DNA of 64,000 nt from positions 42,266-106,265 of the forward strand of contig OZ246418.1 of the NCBI GenBank assembly GCA_965231155.1, read 5' to 3'. The notes under the pieces are model-generated. The model had not been told where the DNA came from, made no database searches, and worked only from the letters and a program-made list of their open reading frames with translations. Every line of letters begins with the position of its first letter. Position 1 is the first letter of the stretch. Shown here in pieces: positions 40,366 through 49,662 of the stretch. The position numbers and the translations under genes are program-made. The DNA is from an uncultured Candidatus Saccharibacteria bacterium (GTDB taxonomy: Bacteria > Patescibacteriota > Minisyncoccia > UBA6257 > 2-01-FULL-56-20).

Positions 40366-41178
40366 CTACTCCCCAAATCCATTTTCGACCTTTTCAATAA
40401 ACCCTTCCTTTATAAATGTTTTTCCAGACTCTACCCCAATGCCACTTAGTTTATAGTGGAATTCTCCGAATCCAGGCACGCGATTACAATACTGTCTCTC
40501 CCCTTTTTTAAGATTGTAGAGAGAATGAGATGAAGCTCTTAGTGGGTCATCGAACTCAAAAAGAAAGTTATGAGTCATCAGCCTCCAAAGAGTCCCATTT
40601 TCACTAATACTGAATTCGATATTCTTAATATCCTCAGTCCCATCGTTAAAAAGTTCGAGCATCTTATAACTACGATTAAGACCAAATCTAACATCCACAC
40701 TCGGAATCCGATCGAATTGCAATCCCGCCGTAATAGCTGGAAAATCAGGGTGAATCTGGGAGTGTTTCATAAATAACGGAGCTAACACTTGAGCGGTTAA
40801 AGTCCCCGAGCTCCACTTGTACGAAGCGGCTTCTTCTCGAATAAGATCAATGACCTCAACCGGCAAATCATCTGGAGTGATGAACATCCACTCCTTAATT
40901 CGTAGGCCAATCTTTTTTTGACTTATAGCTTCAGCTAGCTTGCCGATATCTTCTCTTATTTTATTCCGATACTGAGAAAGTTCTTTACGCTCGGGATACA
41001 TCGGACAGTAAACTGCGCAAACAATCTGCTCATTTTTAATGTAACCGTCCACTCCCGAATCATGCCACTCTTTAAGACTTTGAAAGTTCTTTCCGTACTC
41101 AGCTCCTAAGACAGTATTTACCAATCTTTTAAACTCAATCGGATCTTCTATTTTCCGGATACGTGCGTATATATTCAT
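40366..41178 (-). CDS. Hypothetical protein with Mrr-cat-like N-terminal segment
   Basis: EFKRLVNTVLGAEYGKNF...HDSGVDGYI resembles restriction-endonuclease-like core (FE..l...G....DgGiDg). Remainder unknown. Confidence 0.35.
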   Translation of the reverse strand: MNIYARIRKIEDPIEFKRLVNTVLGAEYGKNFQSLKEWHDSGVDGYIKNEQIVCAVYCPMYPERKELSQYRNKIREDIGKLAEAISQKKIGLRIKEWMFITPDDLPVEVIDLIREEAASYKWSSGTLTAQVLAPLFMKHSQIHPDFPAITAGLQFDRIPSVDVRFGLNRSYKMLELFNDGTEDIKNIEFSISENGTLWRLMTHNFLFEFDDPLRASSHSLYNLKKGERQYCNRVPGFGEFHYKLSGIGVESGKTFIKEGFIEKVENGFGE

Positions 41179-41339
41179 AGGTTGGAGTGATTATATTCCT
41201 ACCCCATCTCAATATCCAGTTGAAAGACTGGACGAAGAGCTGTCGACAACTCCCCCTTCGCAAGGTCCCAGATCTAAGCTAGGAATGGACAAGAAAGGTC
41301 GAAAATCGGTACAATTCCTTTACAACTAAATAGCCGTAA

Positions 41340-41545
41340 GGCAGAGACCTAAACCCTCGGAGCAATCCGGCGGCATGGTCTACGAAGTCCCTTGGAAGAC
41401 ACTGAACCCCGCGTTCAGCGACTCTTCCAAGGGCCATACTGGGAAACTGGTATGGGGTCGTAAGACCTAGCTGATGCGGGGTTTAGTGTTTCTCCACCCC
41501 GCAAGACATAAACCACCTCTGTCGGGGTGAATACTATTTATTAAT
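41340..41545. ncRNA. Candidate structured non-coding RNA (nested hairpins, two GNRA tetraloops), strand undetermined
   Basis: Perfect 11-bp stem CCCTTGGAAGA...TCTTCCAAGGG enclosing inner 6-bp stem CTGAAC/GTTCAG (41389-41433); CCATACTGG-GAAA-CTGGTATGG (41434-41456); GGTC-GTAA-GACC; GCGGGGT...ACCCCGC. No ORF of at least 60 aa in a 370-bp gap between divergent genes. Confidence 0.3.
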
Positions 41546-41548
41546 TTT

Positions 41549-42229
41549 ATGCGTCTCATCTACGAAGAACCGCAGTCCATGGGAGGAGTTCTCAAAATCT
41601 ACGAGGACAAGATCGTCTACAAATCCGCCTATCTCAACCCAGAACAAACAATCCTTACCAAGCAAATTGTTTCCGTAAATCTTTCTGCTTTGCTACCTCA
41701 AGTGATTTTGGAAATGACGGGTAATCAGAAAGTTTCCATCACCACTAGCGACAAAGAAAAGATCCGAGAAACTATTCTGGATGTCATTAGTGGGACCGCC
41801 AAACCCCACCACGCAGAAGAAGTTTCTCCAGTCAGTGAACCAGAGCAACAGGAAGAAAAACCAGAACATGATGCTACCAAGAAGAAATGGGCGATATTTG
41901 GATTTGTCATTATCCTCATATGCGTAGTCGGAATATTCACAAGCGGGAGTAATTCATCACTAGTCTCTTCACTTCAAGGGAATAGATTTATGGCCGCCGC
42001 CGAAGCCGAGGGCTACGCCAAAGATCTACTTCGAAAAGAAGGATACTTAAATATAAAGCTTGGATCTTTCCCGACGATTAACGAGAATCCAGAAAAGACC
42101 ACATTCTATATCGAAAATACCTTCTCGGCAGAGATCTATGCCCGAGGTATACAAGGGACTTATGTAGCCATCGTTTCCTTCGCCCATGGTTCATATGAAG
42201 TAACAGATATCGCTTTCGAGAGAGACTAA
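41549..42229 (+). CDS. Single-pass membrane protein, unknown (N-terminal PH-like beta region, acidic linker, TM, C-terminal domain)
   Basis: TM segment WAIFGFVIILICVVGIF. No catalytic motif. Confidence 0.4.
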   Translation: MRLIYEEPQSMGGVLKIYEDKIVYKSAYLNPEQTILTKQIVSVNLSALLPQVILEMTGNQKVSITTSDKEKIRETILDVISGTAKPHHAEEVSPVSEPEQQEEKPEHDATKKKWAIFGFVIILICVVGIFTSGSNSSLVSSLQGNRFMAAAEAEGYAKDLLRKEGYLNIKLGSFPTINENPEKTTFYIENTFSAEIYARGIQGTYVAIVSFAHGSYEVTDIAFERD

Positions 42230-42233
42230 TTTC

Positions 42234-42620
42234 TTAAGAGATTGGAGGATCATCTCTATCCTTATCCAGTCGCGCCACATCTTCGAGAAGTTTCTTGAAC
42301 AATTCAGTTGCCTCTCTCATCTGCGAATTATTTTCCTCCCGGGATCTCATGTAGCGAGGATGGTTGTTATCGAGATAATACTTCGTCGCGGGAAAACTCC
42401 CTTTTTGAGCCATGACTAAGAGATTCCCTTCCATGAGATCGTTCTTATTATCCCTGCCACGTCCTAGGGCCTTGCCCATCTCCCTATCAAATCGAGAATC
42501 CCCATCTCTCCATCGGTAAATATGCGCTCGCGAGATACCGGCACGCTTCGAAGCAATACTGATATTGGCAGTTTCCTCTAGGACCTCCAGAAACTTCTTT
42601 TTATCCGCATGGCTTTTCAT
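42234..42620 (-). CDS. HTH protein resembling phage terminase small subunit
   Basis: SIASKRAGISRAHIYRWRDGD helix-turn-helix. Size, basic charge and position directly downstream of a ParB-methylase are typical of phage packaging modules. Confidence 0.4.
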   Translation of the reverse strand: MKSHADKKKFLEVLEETANISIASKRAGISRAHIYRWRDGDSRFDREMGKALGRGRDNKNDLMEGNLLVMAQKGSFPATKYYLDNNHPRYMRSREENNSQMREATELFKKLLEDVARLDKDRDDPPIS

Positions 42621-43956
42621 CTATTTTTACCGCTTTTTCTCCCGTTAGTTTTTCCCATCTTTTCTTGATCACCTCGGCGTAGATTGGCTGCTTCTCCATG
42701 AGATAGCATCGTCGCTTCATCCGGGTGGCGGCAATAAGCGTACTGCCACTTCCTCCAAAGGGTTCAACGATCAGATCGCCACGCTTGGTAAGGACTTTGA
42801 TGTAGGGAATAAGAATCTCCAATGGCTTTGTCCCGAATATAATCCCCTGTCCCGAGCTTTTCTCATCTGATGCCTTGTACCCTATGAAATCAGTTGGCTG
42901 GATCTTCTTCCCATGTTCGTAGCCTTCCCACTGGGGCTTCCCGGAGATGGCATAGAGGGCCGTTTCATATTCTTCTTGGAGGAGCTGATCTTCTGGTTCC
43001 ATGTGCATGTTCTCTTTGTCTTCTGAACTTCCAACCATAGCGATATCGTGCTTAGAGAAGAACTTGTACTTGGCCGCGAACCCTTGGGTACGGTTAGGTA
43101 GGTGCCACACGATCATGTTTTTGACCTTCCAGTACTTTTCCATCTCACCCCAGATGATCCGGAGATTCTTCCAATTCTCGTAGACAATGATGTGGAAGTT
43201 CGGCTTGGCAATCTCGGCGATGTTCGCCATCCAGAGTTCAGTGAAGTTGGATGGCAAGGTATCGGTGCCAATATATCTACGATCACGCTTCAAGCCAAAG
43301 CCTTCGATTGCTTCACCATGCTTCTTCTTGCCCTTCAGATAGTCGAGAATGTACGGTGGGTCAGTGAAACACATGTCGGCTCGTTCCTCCCCCATGAGCT
43401 TCAAGACGTCATCTCTCTCCATACTGTCCCCGCACATGAGACGCGAACCGCCAAGATCATAAACATCACCAAGCTTGGTCTCGATACTGTTGATATCCAA
43501 CTTCTCTAGTTCTTTCTGGATATCAAAGACTTCTGGCGTTTCTTCTTCCGGAAAGATGTCATCTAACTCTTCACTTGAGAAACCAATGTCCTTCAGTAAC
43601 GACTCATCGAACTCGGCCAACAAGGAGAGGTCGAACTCTCCGGTATTCTTGTTGAGCCGGATGATCAACTCTTCTTCTTTCTTCAGATCAGCAATGTGGA
43701 CATAAACGACGGGGATCTCCTCGAGGCCCATCGACTTCGCAACCTCGAAACGGAAGTTGCCGCCCACGATCACCCCCTCCCGACCCTCGGCCGAGTTGAC
43801 GATCAAAGGATCAACTAACCCATGCTGCTCGATACTTTCCCTCAACTGCGCCGTGGCCTCCTTAGACCAGACTCGTGGATTCCGTTCCGGATGTCGAAGG
43901 GACGACAAGGGAACATAACTAACCTGCAGCTTATCGCTGCTTTGTGTTGTGTACAT
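42601..43956 (-). CDS. ParB-like nuclease domain fused to beta-class N4/N6 DNA methyltransferase
   Basis: N-terminal ParB/Srx motif (GGNFRFEVAKSMG); MTase motif IV FTDPPY precedes motif I VEPFGGSGST (beta-class order). Confidence 0.8.
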   Translation of the reverse strand: MYTTQSSDKLQVSYVPLSSLRHPERNPRVWSKEATAQLRESIEQHGLVDPLIVNSAEGREGVIVGGNFRFEVAKSMGLEEIPVVYVHIADLKKEEELIIRLNKNTGEFDLSLLAEFDESLLKDIGFSSEELDDIFPEEETPEVFDIQKELEKLDINSIETKLGDVYDLGGSRLMCGDSMERDDVLKLMGEERADMCFTDPPYILDYLKGKKKHGEAIEGFGLKRDRRYIGTDTLPSNFTELWMANIAEIAKPNFHIIVYENWKNLRIIWGEMEKYWKVKNMIVWHLPNRTQGFAAKYKFFSKHDIAMVGSSEDKENMHMEPEDQLLQEEYETALYAISGKPQWEGYEHGKKIQPTDFIGYKASDEKSSGQGIIFGTKPLEILIPYIKVLTKRGDLIVEPFGGSGSTLIAATRMKRRCYLMEKQPIYAEVIKKRWEKLTGEKAVKIDEKPCG

Positions 43957-44297
43957 AAGTTTATATGAACTATTACTTTTTTCCGACAGATATCTACAAC
44001 TGAAAGAACAACCTAGACACCATTTTCAATTTTTTAATTAGCAACCTACCAACGAAGATGTCCGCAATGTAAAAAAGCATTACCAGACATAAATTTTCCA
44101 TTTTCCATATTTATTTTGTCTGTACAATGCTCCTTTACGCTGCAGGCATATAAAGAAGCTATCTCGCGTGCTCTTCCGATAAGGAAGCGCTCTATGATTC
44201 ACGTTACTTTTATTCGACCTTTAGGGTTATTATAGTGTGCTAGATAGTTCTGGCAAGTGCTATTGTGCACAACTCTCCCCCGTGATACTCTTATCCC

Positions 44298-44639
44298 ATG
44301 AAGCTTTCTGAGCTTACCGCTAAGATACGGAGTCTTCCGGCCAAACAACAAGTTGGCTTATGGGTCATCCTCAATAAATTCCACAAAGAAAAGGGAACTT
44401 GGTTTACGACGGGCGACTTCTCTCTAGAAATGCAGAACTACCTCACTCCCGATGATCCTAATCGGTTAGCCAGGATTATGGGTGGCATTATGAGTAGCTT
44501 GTTAAGAAACGGAGTTATTGAACAATTCACCGGCGGACAGAAACCAGTCTGGACGGTCTCCCCTCAAATCCATAAGTATGCAAAAGAAATAAAAGATTCT
44601 ATCTTCCCTGTAATCACCTACTGGGAAGAAGGACGGTAG
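44298..44639 (+). CDS. Hypothetical protein
   Basis: 113-aa ORF after an AT-rich 340-bp gap. No motif. Confidence 0.3.
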   Translation: MKLSELTAKIRSLPAKQQVGLWVILNKFHKEKGTWFTTGDFSLEMQNYLTPDDPNRLARIMGGIMSSLLRNGVIEQFTGGQKPVWTVSPQIHKYAKEIKDSIFPVITYWEEGR

Positions 44640-44643
44640 ATTC

Positions 44644-45117
44644 TTACCAAACTTTCTTACTGGCTAGCTTCGGAAACGCTAACGTGAAGAGTCCCAGTAA
44701 GACGCTGGTAATTAAAAAATAAAACAAGAAAGACGGTAGGATCATTATGATCCATATCGAATTAACGTAGGCGGCGGTGTTCACCTGAAGTGAAAACTGA
44801 GACATCGGTATTGGGCCCTTCGCAACTAGCGTAAATAACGTCGGGATACAAAAACTTGCAATCCCAAGAAGCAATAACCAATTCAGTGTCTGTAAAACCA
44901 ACTTAAGTGGTGGAAGCAACTTCACTATCTGGAAGCAAACATAACTCCCAATATAGAATCCGATTAATGGAGAAAATATAAACGCATTCTTCTTTTCTTC
45001 TGGAGAACCTCCGACGATATCGAAATAAGTGAGCATGAGGACTGCAAAAAACATCGCGATAGTCAGTGAAACCTCGAATCGCTTTTCCACGCCTTCGGTG
45101 AGCTCTTTCGTAGACAT
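44644..45117 (-). CDS. Membrane protein, unknown
   Basis: Four hydrophobic helices. Start set at MSTKEL to avoid overlap. Confidence 0.35.
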   Translation of the reverse strand: MSTKELTEGVEKRFEVSLTIAMFFAVLMLTYFDIVGGSPEEKKNAFIFSPLIGFYIGSYVCFQIVKLLPPLKLVLQTLNWLLLLGIASFCIPTLFTLVAKGPIPMSQFSLQVNTAAYVNSIWIIMILPSFLFYFLITSVLLGLFTLAFPKLASKKVW

Positions 45118-45131
45118 CAAAGTGTTGGATG

Positions 45132-45332
45132 CTAGAACCACCGTTTCACCCCCTTGTGATGAGAACAAGTTCCTTGGCGAGTTTTACTCGTGCTGTACGT
45201 TCCATCTTTACACTGGGCGGTAATACGCGGCTGTTTATATACGGGAATGGAAGTCTTAGCCTGCACCGGAGAGGAAGCTGCTGGGATTAAGAGCATGCCA
45301 AGTGCCATGCCGAAAAACAACTTATTCTTCAT
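45132..45332 (-). CDS. Small secreted DUF3761-like protein
   Basis: Signal peptide, then CKDGTYSTSKTRQGTCSHHKGVKRW, matching the DUF3761 C-DG-YS-S...GTCS-HGGV-W pattern. Confidence 0.55.
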   Translation of the reverse strand: MKNKLFFGMALGMLLIPAASSPVQAKTSIPVYKQPRITAQCKDGTYSTSKTRQGTCSHHKGVKRWF

Positions 45333-45431
45333 GCCCTCATCCTACTCCTTTAAGGCTTCCTGACAAGCTGTGTCGCACAATCATATGTTGTATGACCACA
45401 CAATAAGCTATTAGAATGGTCCTATAAGGGC

Positions 45432-46025
45432 ATGGAAATTGATATAAGATTTTACTTAGGAATTATTGCGGGGGTAATTTCATTTGGTGCGTACCTTATT
45501 TATTTCCGCTCAATACTAAAAGGTGAGTCAAAGCCTAACCGCGTTACCTGGTGGATCTGGACATTTATGGGAGCGATTCTTGCTTTGAGTTACTACTATT
45601 CTGGAGCAGAAAACACCATCTGGACGCCGATAGTTGAATTTATCGGTCCTTTCTTAACGGCGCTCCTCTCAATTAAATATGGAGAGGGAGGAACGGTGGA
45701 TAAGACAGATATAGTTTGCCTCTGTGGAGGGATAGTCAGCATCTTACTTTGGATTGTTACCGGAAATCCTGTCCTCGCTCTTATATTAAATCTTGCAATA
45801 GATCAGTTTGCGTTGATTCCCACGATGAAGAAATCATATCTACGACCCGAGGGAGAAAGCTTTTGGGCATGGGTTGGCACCAGCTTGGGAGATTTCGTAA
45901 ATATATTAGCGATAGAGAAATTTACCTTTGCTGTTGTGGTTTACCCAATCTGGATGTTTATTGATGATGTGATTATCGTATGGTTCCTGGGAATGGGTAA
46001 AAGAAAAGCAAGAAATAGAACATGA
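45432..46025 (+). CDS. Membrane protein, unknown
   Basis: 197 aa with 5-6 TM segments. Confidence 0.35.
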   Translation: MEIDIRFYLGIIAGVISFGAYLIYFRSILKGESKPNRVTWWIWTFMGAILALSYYYSGAENTIWTPIVEFIGPFLTALLSIKYGEGGTVDKTDIVCLCGGIVSILLWIVTGNPVLALILNLAIDQFALIPTMKKSYLRPEGESFWAWVGTSLGDFVNILAIEKFTFAVVVYPIWMFIDDVIIVWFLGMGKRKARNRT

Positions 46026-46046
46026 AACTTGCGGAACCGAGAGTGA

Positions 46047-47264
46047 TCACTGACGCTTCACTCCCGCTCTCCAAAATAGTCCTAGAAGAATTGTGCCTAC
46101 TCCCGCAACGATAAGGGCAGTAGTAGAAAAACCCATAATATCAAGCAGGATACCAAGAAGAAGTGGGGCAGTCAGATCGCCAAGGTTAATAATCCCTTCG
46201 AAGGCACTCCCCCGTTCGCCGTAGGTAGCCGGTGAACTGAATGATGTTACCAAACCTTTCTGGATGATAGCGAACCACTCAAGAACAATTCCCAAAATAA
46301 AGCTGGCCAGAAGCTTGAACCCATAATCCGGAAAAAGCACGAGACCGATCGTAACTCCTACAATGGTTACCAAGCCCAGAGCAATCAACTGATATTTATT
46401 ATGATGATCGGCAACTTTTCCCAGTGCATATCCAAATAGTGATGGGATAGTCCCTACGATACCCAACAGAATCACCATGGCCGGTTGAGCACCATCAATA
46501 TAAGCATCGATCGGAATAAAGAAGGAGATCAAAGTGCCAATAAGGGAAGAAAAGAACATAAGGGTACCCAGAAGGCGCAGATCTCCATTCCAACTGATCC
46601 ATTCCTGAATGGCCATCCGATAGGAAGCGAGCACTGAAGCTTTTCCGGATTCCGCAACCGGAGGTACTACATCGTCTGGAGCTTTCAAGGCTATAAAGAA
46701 GGCCAGCAATGCAAACGGAATAATTCCCCCAAGTAAGTAGTAAATTGGTACAAATTTGACTAGGGCCATACCAATCAAGGCTGAGCCGATCCAACCAAAG
46801 TTAGCGACCATATCCATGTATCCAAAAGATGAGTTCACATCAGTCGAATCGGTACTCCGGCGATAATAGGTATCCACCCCAATATTATTCATGCTCCACC
46901 CTATGCCGTTCACTACCCGAGCAAATACCACAAAGATTGCCATCCCAGTCATCCCCGCAAGCAGATAACCAAAACCTACCAACGGATATAGGAGTAAAGA
47001 AAAAAGGATTATTTTCTTGGCGGAACTCCGGTCGGCCCACTCACCGACTAAAGGAAGACATAGCAAACCGGTAATGTCTATAAGGGAACGAAAAAGCCCC
47101 GCTTCCGCGAATGTCTGAGAAAAATGGAATAAAAAAAGCGGGATAAGAGACTCGCCAAATCCCCAGCCAATCCAATGAGCCGTACGAGCCCAAGCAATGA
47201 TCCGCACCCCTTGGGATAGTGATCCTTTCTTGTGTTTGCGGGAGAAGGCACCGTGCAGTGACAT
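46047..47264 (-). CDS. MFS transporter
   Basis: 12-TM profile with MFS-type loop motif between TM2 and TM3 (GEWADRSSAKK). Confidence 0.65.
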   Translation of the reverse strand: MSLHGAFSRKHKKGSLSQGVRIIAWARTAHWIGWGFGESLIPLFLFHFSQTFAEAGLFRSLIDITGLLCLPLVGEWADRSSAKKIILFSLLLYPLVGFGYLLAGMTGMAIFVVFARVVNGIGWSMNNIGVDTYYRRSTDSTDVNSSFGYMDMVANFGWIGSALIGMALVKFVPIYYLLGGIIPFALLAFFIALKAPDDVVPPVAESGKASVLASYRMAIQEWISWNGDLRLLGTLMFFSSLIGTLISFFIPIDAYIDGAQPAMVILLGIVGTIPSLFGYALGKVADHHNKYQLIALGLVTIVGVTIGLVLFPDYGFKLLASFILGIVLEWFAIIQKGLVTSFSSPATYGERGSAFEGIINLGDLTAPLLLGILLDIMGFSTTALIVAGVGTILLGLFWRAGVKRQ

Positions 47265-47272
47265 AGCCTCGA

Positions 47273-47914
47273 TTATATCATCTGTTCCGTATATCCCAAT
47301 TCGATAAGTCGCTCATAAGCTTTCCAAATATCGTCTGGAATTTCCTGAGCAATTTGGAATCCATTTTCGCCATAGAGTTTGATTCGCTGAAGATCGCCAA
47401 CCATAATGTTTATAACATCTTCTTTGGAGCGAAGATGGTCGGGATACTCTTCGAATGATATCGGCGGCGAAGTCACAATGACATCTTTCTCCGGCCATCG
47501 TTTTCTGAAAGTAGCATACGATCGTCGCTCCATGTACGGTTTCTGGACGACAATAAACTTTTGTAGGTCAATTCCTTTTTCTTCTAAGAGCTTCCTTGTG
47601 AATAAAATATTCTCTCCGGTATTCGTAGACTTGTTTTCTACGATGATCTTATCTTCGGGAACTCCCATTTTGATTGCAATTTCTGCGAACCTATCCCCTT
47701 CTGTTTTATCCCATAATCCTTCGGTTAGTCTGCCTAGACCACCGGAGAAGATAATCAGCGGTGCCCAGTCTTCGAGAAGCAGTTTGCTGGCATATTCCGC
47801 CACTCGTTCGTCGTGACTCCCGAGGACTAAAATACATTCAGCTTTTTCGAGCTTCTGATTCATGTGGTGGTAGTCCCAAATCTTTTTGGCGAGAGTCTCA
47901 ATTTCGGATTCCAT
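47273..47914 (-). CDS. DUF218 (YdcF/SanA-family) protein
   Basis: ILVLGSHDERV...IFSGG...TNTGENI pattern of DUF218. Confidence 0.55.
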   Translation of the reverse strand: MESEIETLAKKIWDYHHMNQKLEKAECILVLGSHDERVAEYASKLLLEDWAPLIIFSGGLGRLTEGLWDKTEGDRFAEIAIKMGVPEDKIIVENKSTNTGENILFTRKLLEEKGIDLQKFIVVQKPYMERRSYATFRKRWPEKDVIVTSPPISFEEYPDHLRSKEDVINIMVGDLQRIKLYGENGFQIAQEIPDDIWKAYERLIELGYTEQMI

Positions 47915-47916
47915 AT

Positions 47917-48243
47917 CTATTTCTGATTTTCTAATCTGTCCATTTCTTGCATAATCAAGCCATAAAGATCCTCCTCTCCTTCCTGATGAGCTTGGAGTCT
48001 GGTCTCTTCATAGGTTTCCAATGCTTCTTCCTTGTAGCCAGCCGAGGCAAGCACAAAAGCTCGTTCGATATTCACAATGATGTTTGCTCTGCTGGTATTC
48101 ACTGCATCAGCAATTCTTTCTTGCTGGATGATGTAGTCGACAAATAATTGCCTTGCTTCAAGGTCTTCGATTTTCTTATTTCGAAGAGTCTCAATGACTT
48201 TCTCCTGACTAATGGTTTCCTGATTAGGAATGGATTCTTTCAT
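47917..48243 (-). CDS. Hypothetical protein
   Basis: 108-aa acidic helical ORF. Confidence 0.3.
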   Translation of the reverse strand: MKESIPNQETISQEKVIETLRNKKIEDLEARQLFVDYIIQQERIADAVNTSRANIIVNIERAFVLASAGYKEEALETYEETRLQAHQEGEEDLYGLIMQEMDRLENQK

Positions 48244-48506
48244 TAGACGTGGCTGATGGATTGATGGCTCTCTTTACGCCATTCTCTCCGTAAAGATACA
48301 AGGTCGAGGTTCTGTTTTTCTAATTCAAACTGTTGTACAAAAACCGGAAACCAATTATCGGAAGAAGTAGGTCTACCTTCTCCATCGTAGGCTGCGTTTC
48401 CTTTTCTTTTGCTTTGAAAGTTCATGGTTCCGAAACTCTCTGAGTCGGTATTAGTAAAGAAGACTTCTCCTTGTTGAGTTTCGGGATGCATGAACTCTTT
48501 AACCAT
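48243..48506 (-). CDS. Hypothetical protein
   Basis: 87-aa ORF. Confidence 0.3.
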   Translation of the reverse strand: MVKEFMHPETQQGEVFFTNTDSESFGTMNFQSKRKGNAAYDGEGRPTSSDNWFPVFVQQFELEKQNLDLVSLRREWRKESHQSISHV

Positions 48507-48558
48507 TCCCCTATTATATCACTGGTTCAACTCCGAGCATCTAAACAAATAAAAAAAC

Positions 48559-49224
48559 CTATACCCGATTTCCAAATATAGGCTTTTTCTTTTTTGCCAC
48601 AATGAAATTATTTAAACGATAAGAAAATACTCTCTCTATATTAAATCCTGCCCCTTCTAAGAGCTTGCCCAACTCAGTTTGATCGTACACATGTTTTTGA
48701 ATCTCGAAAATTGGTCCCAGATATCGGAAAATAAGTTTTCCCAAAAAAGTATCGGCTCCGGGATCGGCCAAAAGAAATCTCCCCTCCCCTCGTAATACGC
48801 GAAATATTTCTCGAAGCGTCTGCTCCGGATTCCAAAAGTGGTGAAAAGCCTCGGATGAAATAACAAGATCGAATGATTCTTTTTCAAAGGGCATAGACTC
48901 CACACCGCCCAGGACGAAGGAAGTAGTGGCGGTGCCCTCTGTCTTCCTCTTTGCCTCGGCGACCATCTGAGGCGAGGCGTCGATTCCCACAAACTGACTC
49001 TCTGGATATGCCCTTGCTAAACGGGCAAGAACCTCTCCCGTACCACAAGCCACATCAAGCACGCGAGACTGCCTGTGAATCAAATGCTCCCCCTCGATTA
49101 TTTCAATTAGTTTCTTATACAAAGGTTCAAAATAAAACCTGGAAATACGTGAGTCGTACTGGCTAGCCATGCGATTAAATAACGCCGTGGTCTTACTTTC
49201 AAATTTTATTTTTTGGTCGTCCAT
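48559..49224 (-). CDS. Class I SAM-dependent methyltransferase
   Basis: Motif I VLDVACGTGEV, motif post-I GIDASPQMV. Confidence 0.75.
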   Translation of the reverse strand: MDDQKIKFESKTTALFNRMASQYDSRISRFYFEPLYKKLIEIIEGEHLIHRQSRVLDVACGTGEVLARLARAYPESQFVGIDASPQMVAEAKRKTEGTATTSFVLGGVESMPFEKESFDLVISSEAFHHFWNPEQTLREIFRVLRGEGRFLLADPGADTFLGKLIFRYLGPIFEIQKHVYDQTELGKLLEGAGFNIERVFSYRLNNFIVAKKKKPIFGNRV

Positions 49225-49227
49225 GTT

Positions 49228-49662
49228 TTACCAGTTTTTACAGCACTCAATAATTTTTTGACCAATTCTCCGCCAACGAGGATGCGCGTATAAAACAAAG
49301 ATGCCACCGAATATTATCCATAACCCGACAAGGAGAGGCATGGTTAAATTTATATCCGTCGTTTGCTTTCCGATCAGCCAGTAGGCAGTCGCAAAGAAAG
49401 TAAGGAGTGTCGGAAATTTGAAGATCTGATACTTCTCGGAAGCCTTAGAAAAAAGATAGTACATTCCCCCGACTGCGCTTCCCCCGAGGAGAATACCAAG
49501 AAGAATCGGATCGCCCTCTTCGTAAAACCAGTAATTATAGAGGAGAATGAGCCACGTCAAACTAACCGAAATACAAAGGGCGCATATTTTTTTACTAACA
49601 ATCTCTCGGGCAAGTAACCCCAGAAGAAAAAAACCGATAAGAATGACGACGGCAAAGGTCAT
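49228..49662 (-). CDS. Membrane protein with CxxC (CALC) and C-terminal CC motifs
   Basis: Four TM segments. Cys pairs possibly metal/thiol-active. Adjacent to copper cluster. Confidence 0.35.
   Translation of the reverse strand: MTFAVVILIGFFLLGLLAREIVSKKICALCISVSLTWLILLYNYWFYEEGDPILLGILLGGSAVGGMYYLFSKASEKYQIFKFPTLLTFFATAYWLIGKQTTDINLTMPLLVGLWIIFGGIFVLYAHPRWRRIGQKIIECCKNW

Larger units (their letters stand above)
34270..44000. mobile_element. Putative integrated (prophage-remnant-like) element adjacent to tRNA-Gln
   Basis: Begins right after the tRNA. Carries a large serine recombinase, terminase-small-like HTH gene, ParB-methylase fusion (a phage hallmark), a giant Mrr-cat/TPR protein and several ORFans. 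Boundaries are not defined by detectable direct repeats. Confidence 0.4.

Noticed and set aside
41340-41545. Tested the structured gap for RNase P RNA, tmRNA, SRP RNA, hammerhead and group II domain V
   Set aside because: No GGAAAGTCCGG P4 core, no tRNA-like 3' end with GGTTCGA-TCC...CCA, no SRP AGG-GGAAGCAG motif. CTGATG/…/CAAGAC does not satisfy CUGAUGA...GAAA. Kept only as an unclassified structured RNA candidate.
34267-44300. Searched by eye for a direct repeat of the tRNA-Gln 3' end (GGTTCGAATCCAGGCCCGGCAG) to delimit the island
   Set aside because: No second copy recognised within the window. Island boundaries therefore left approximate.
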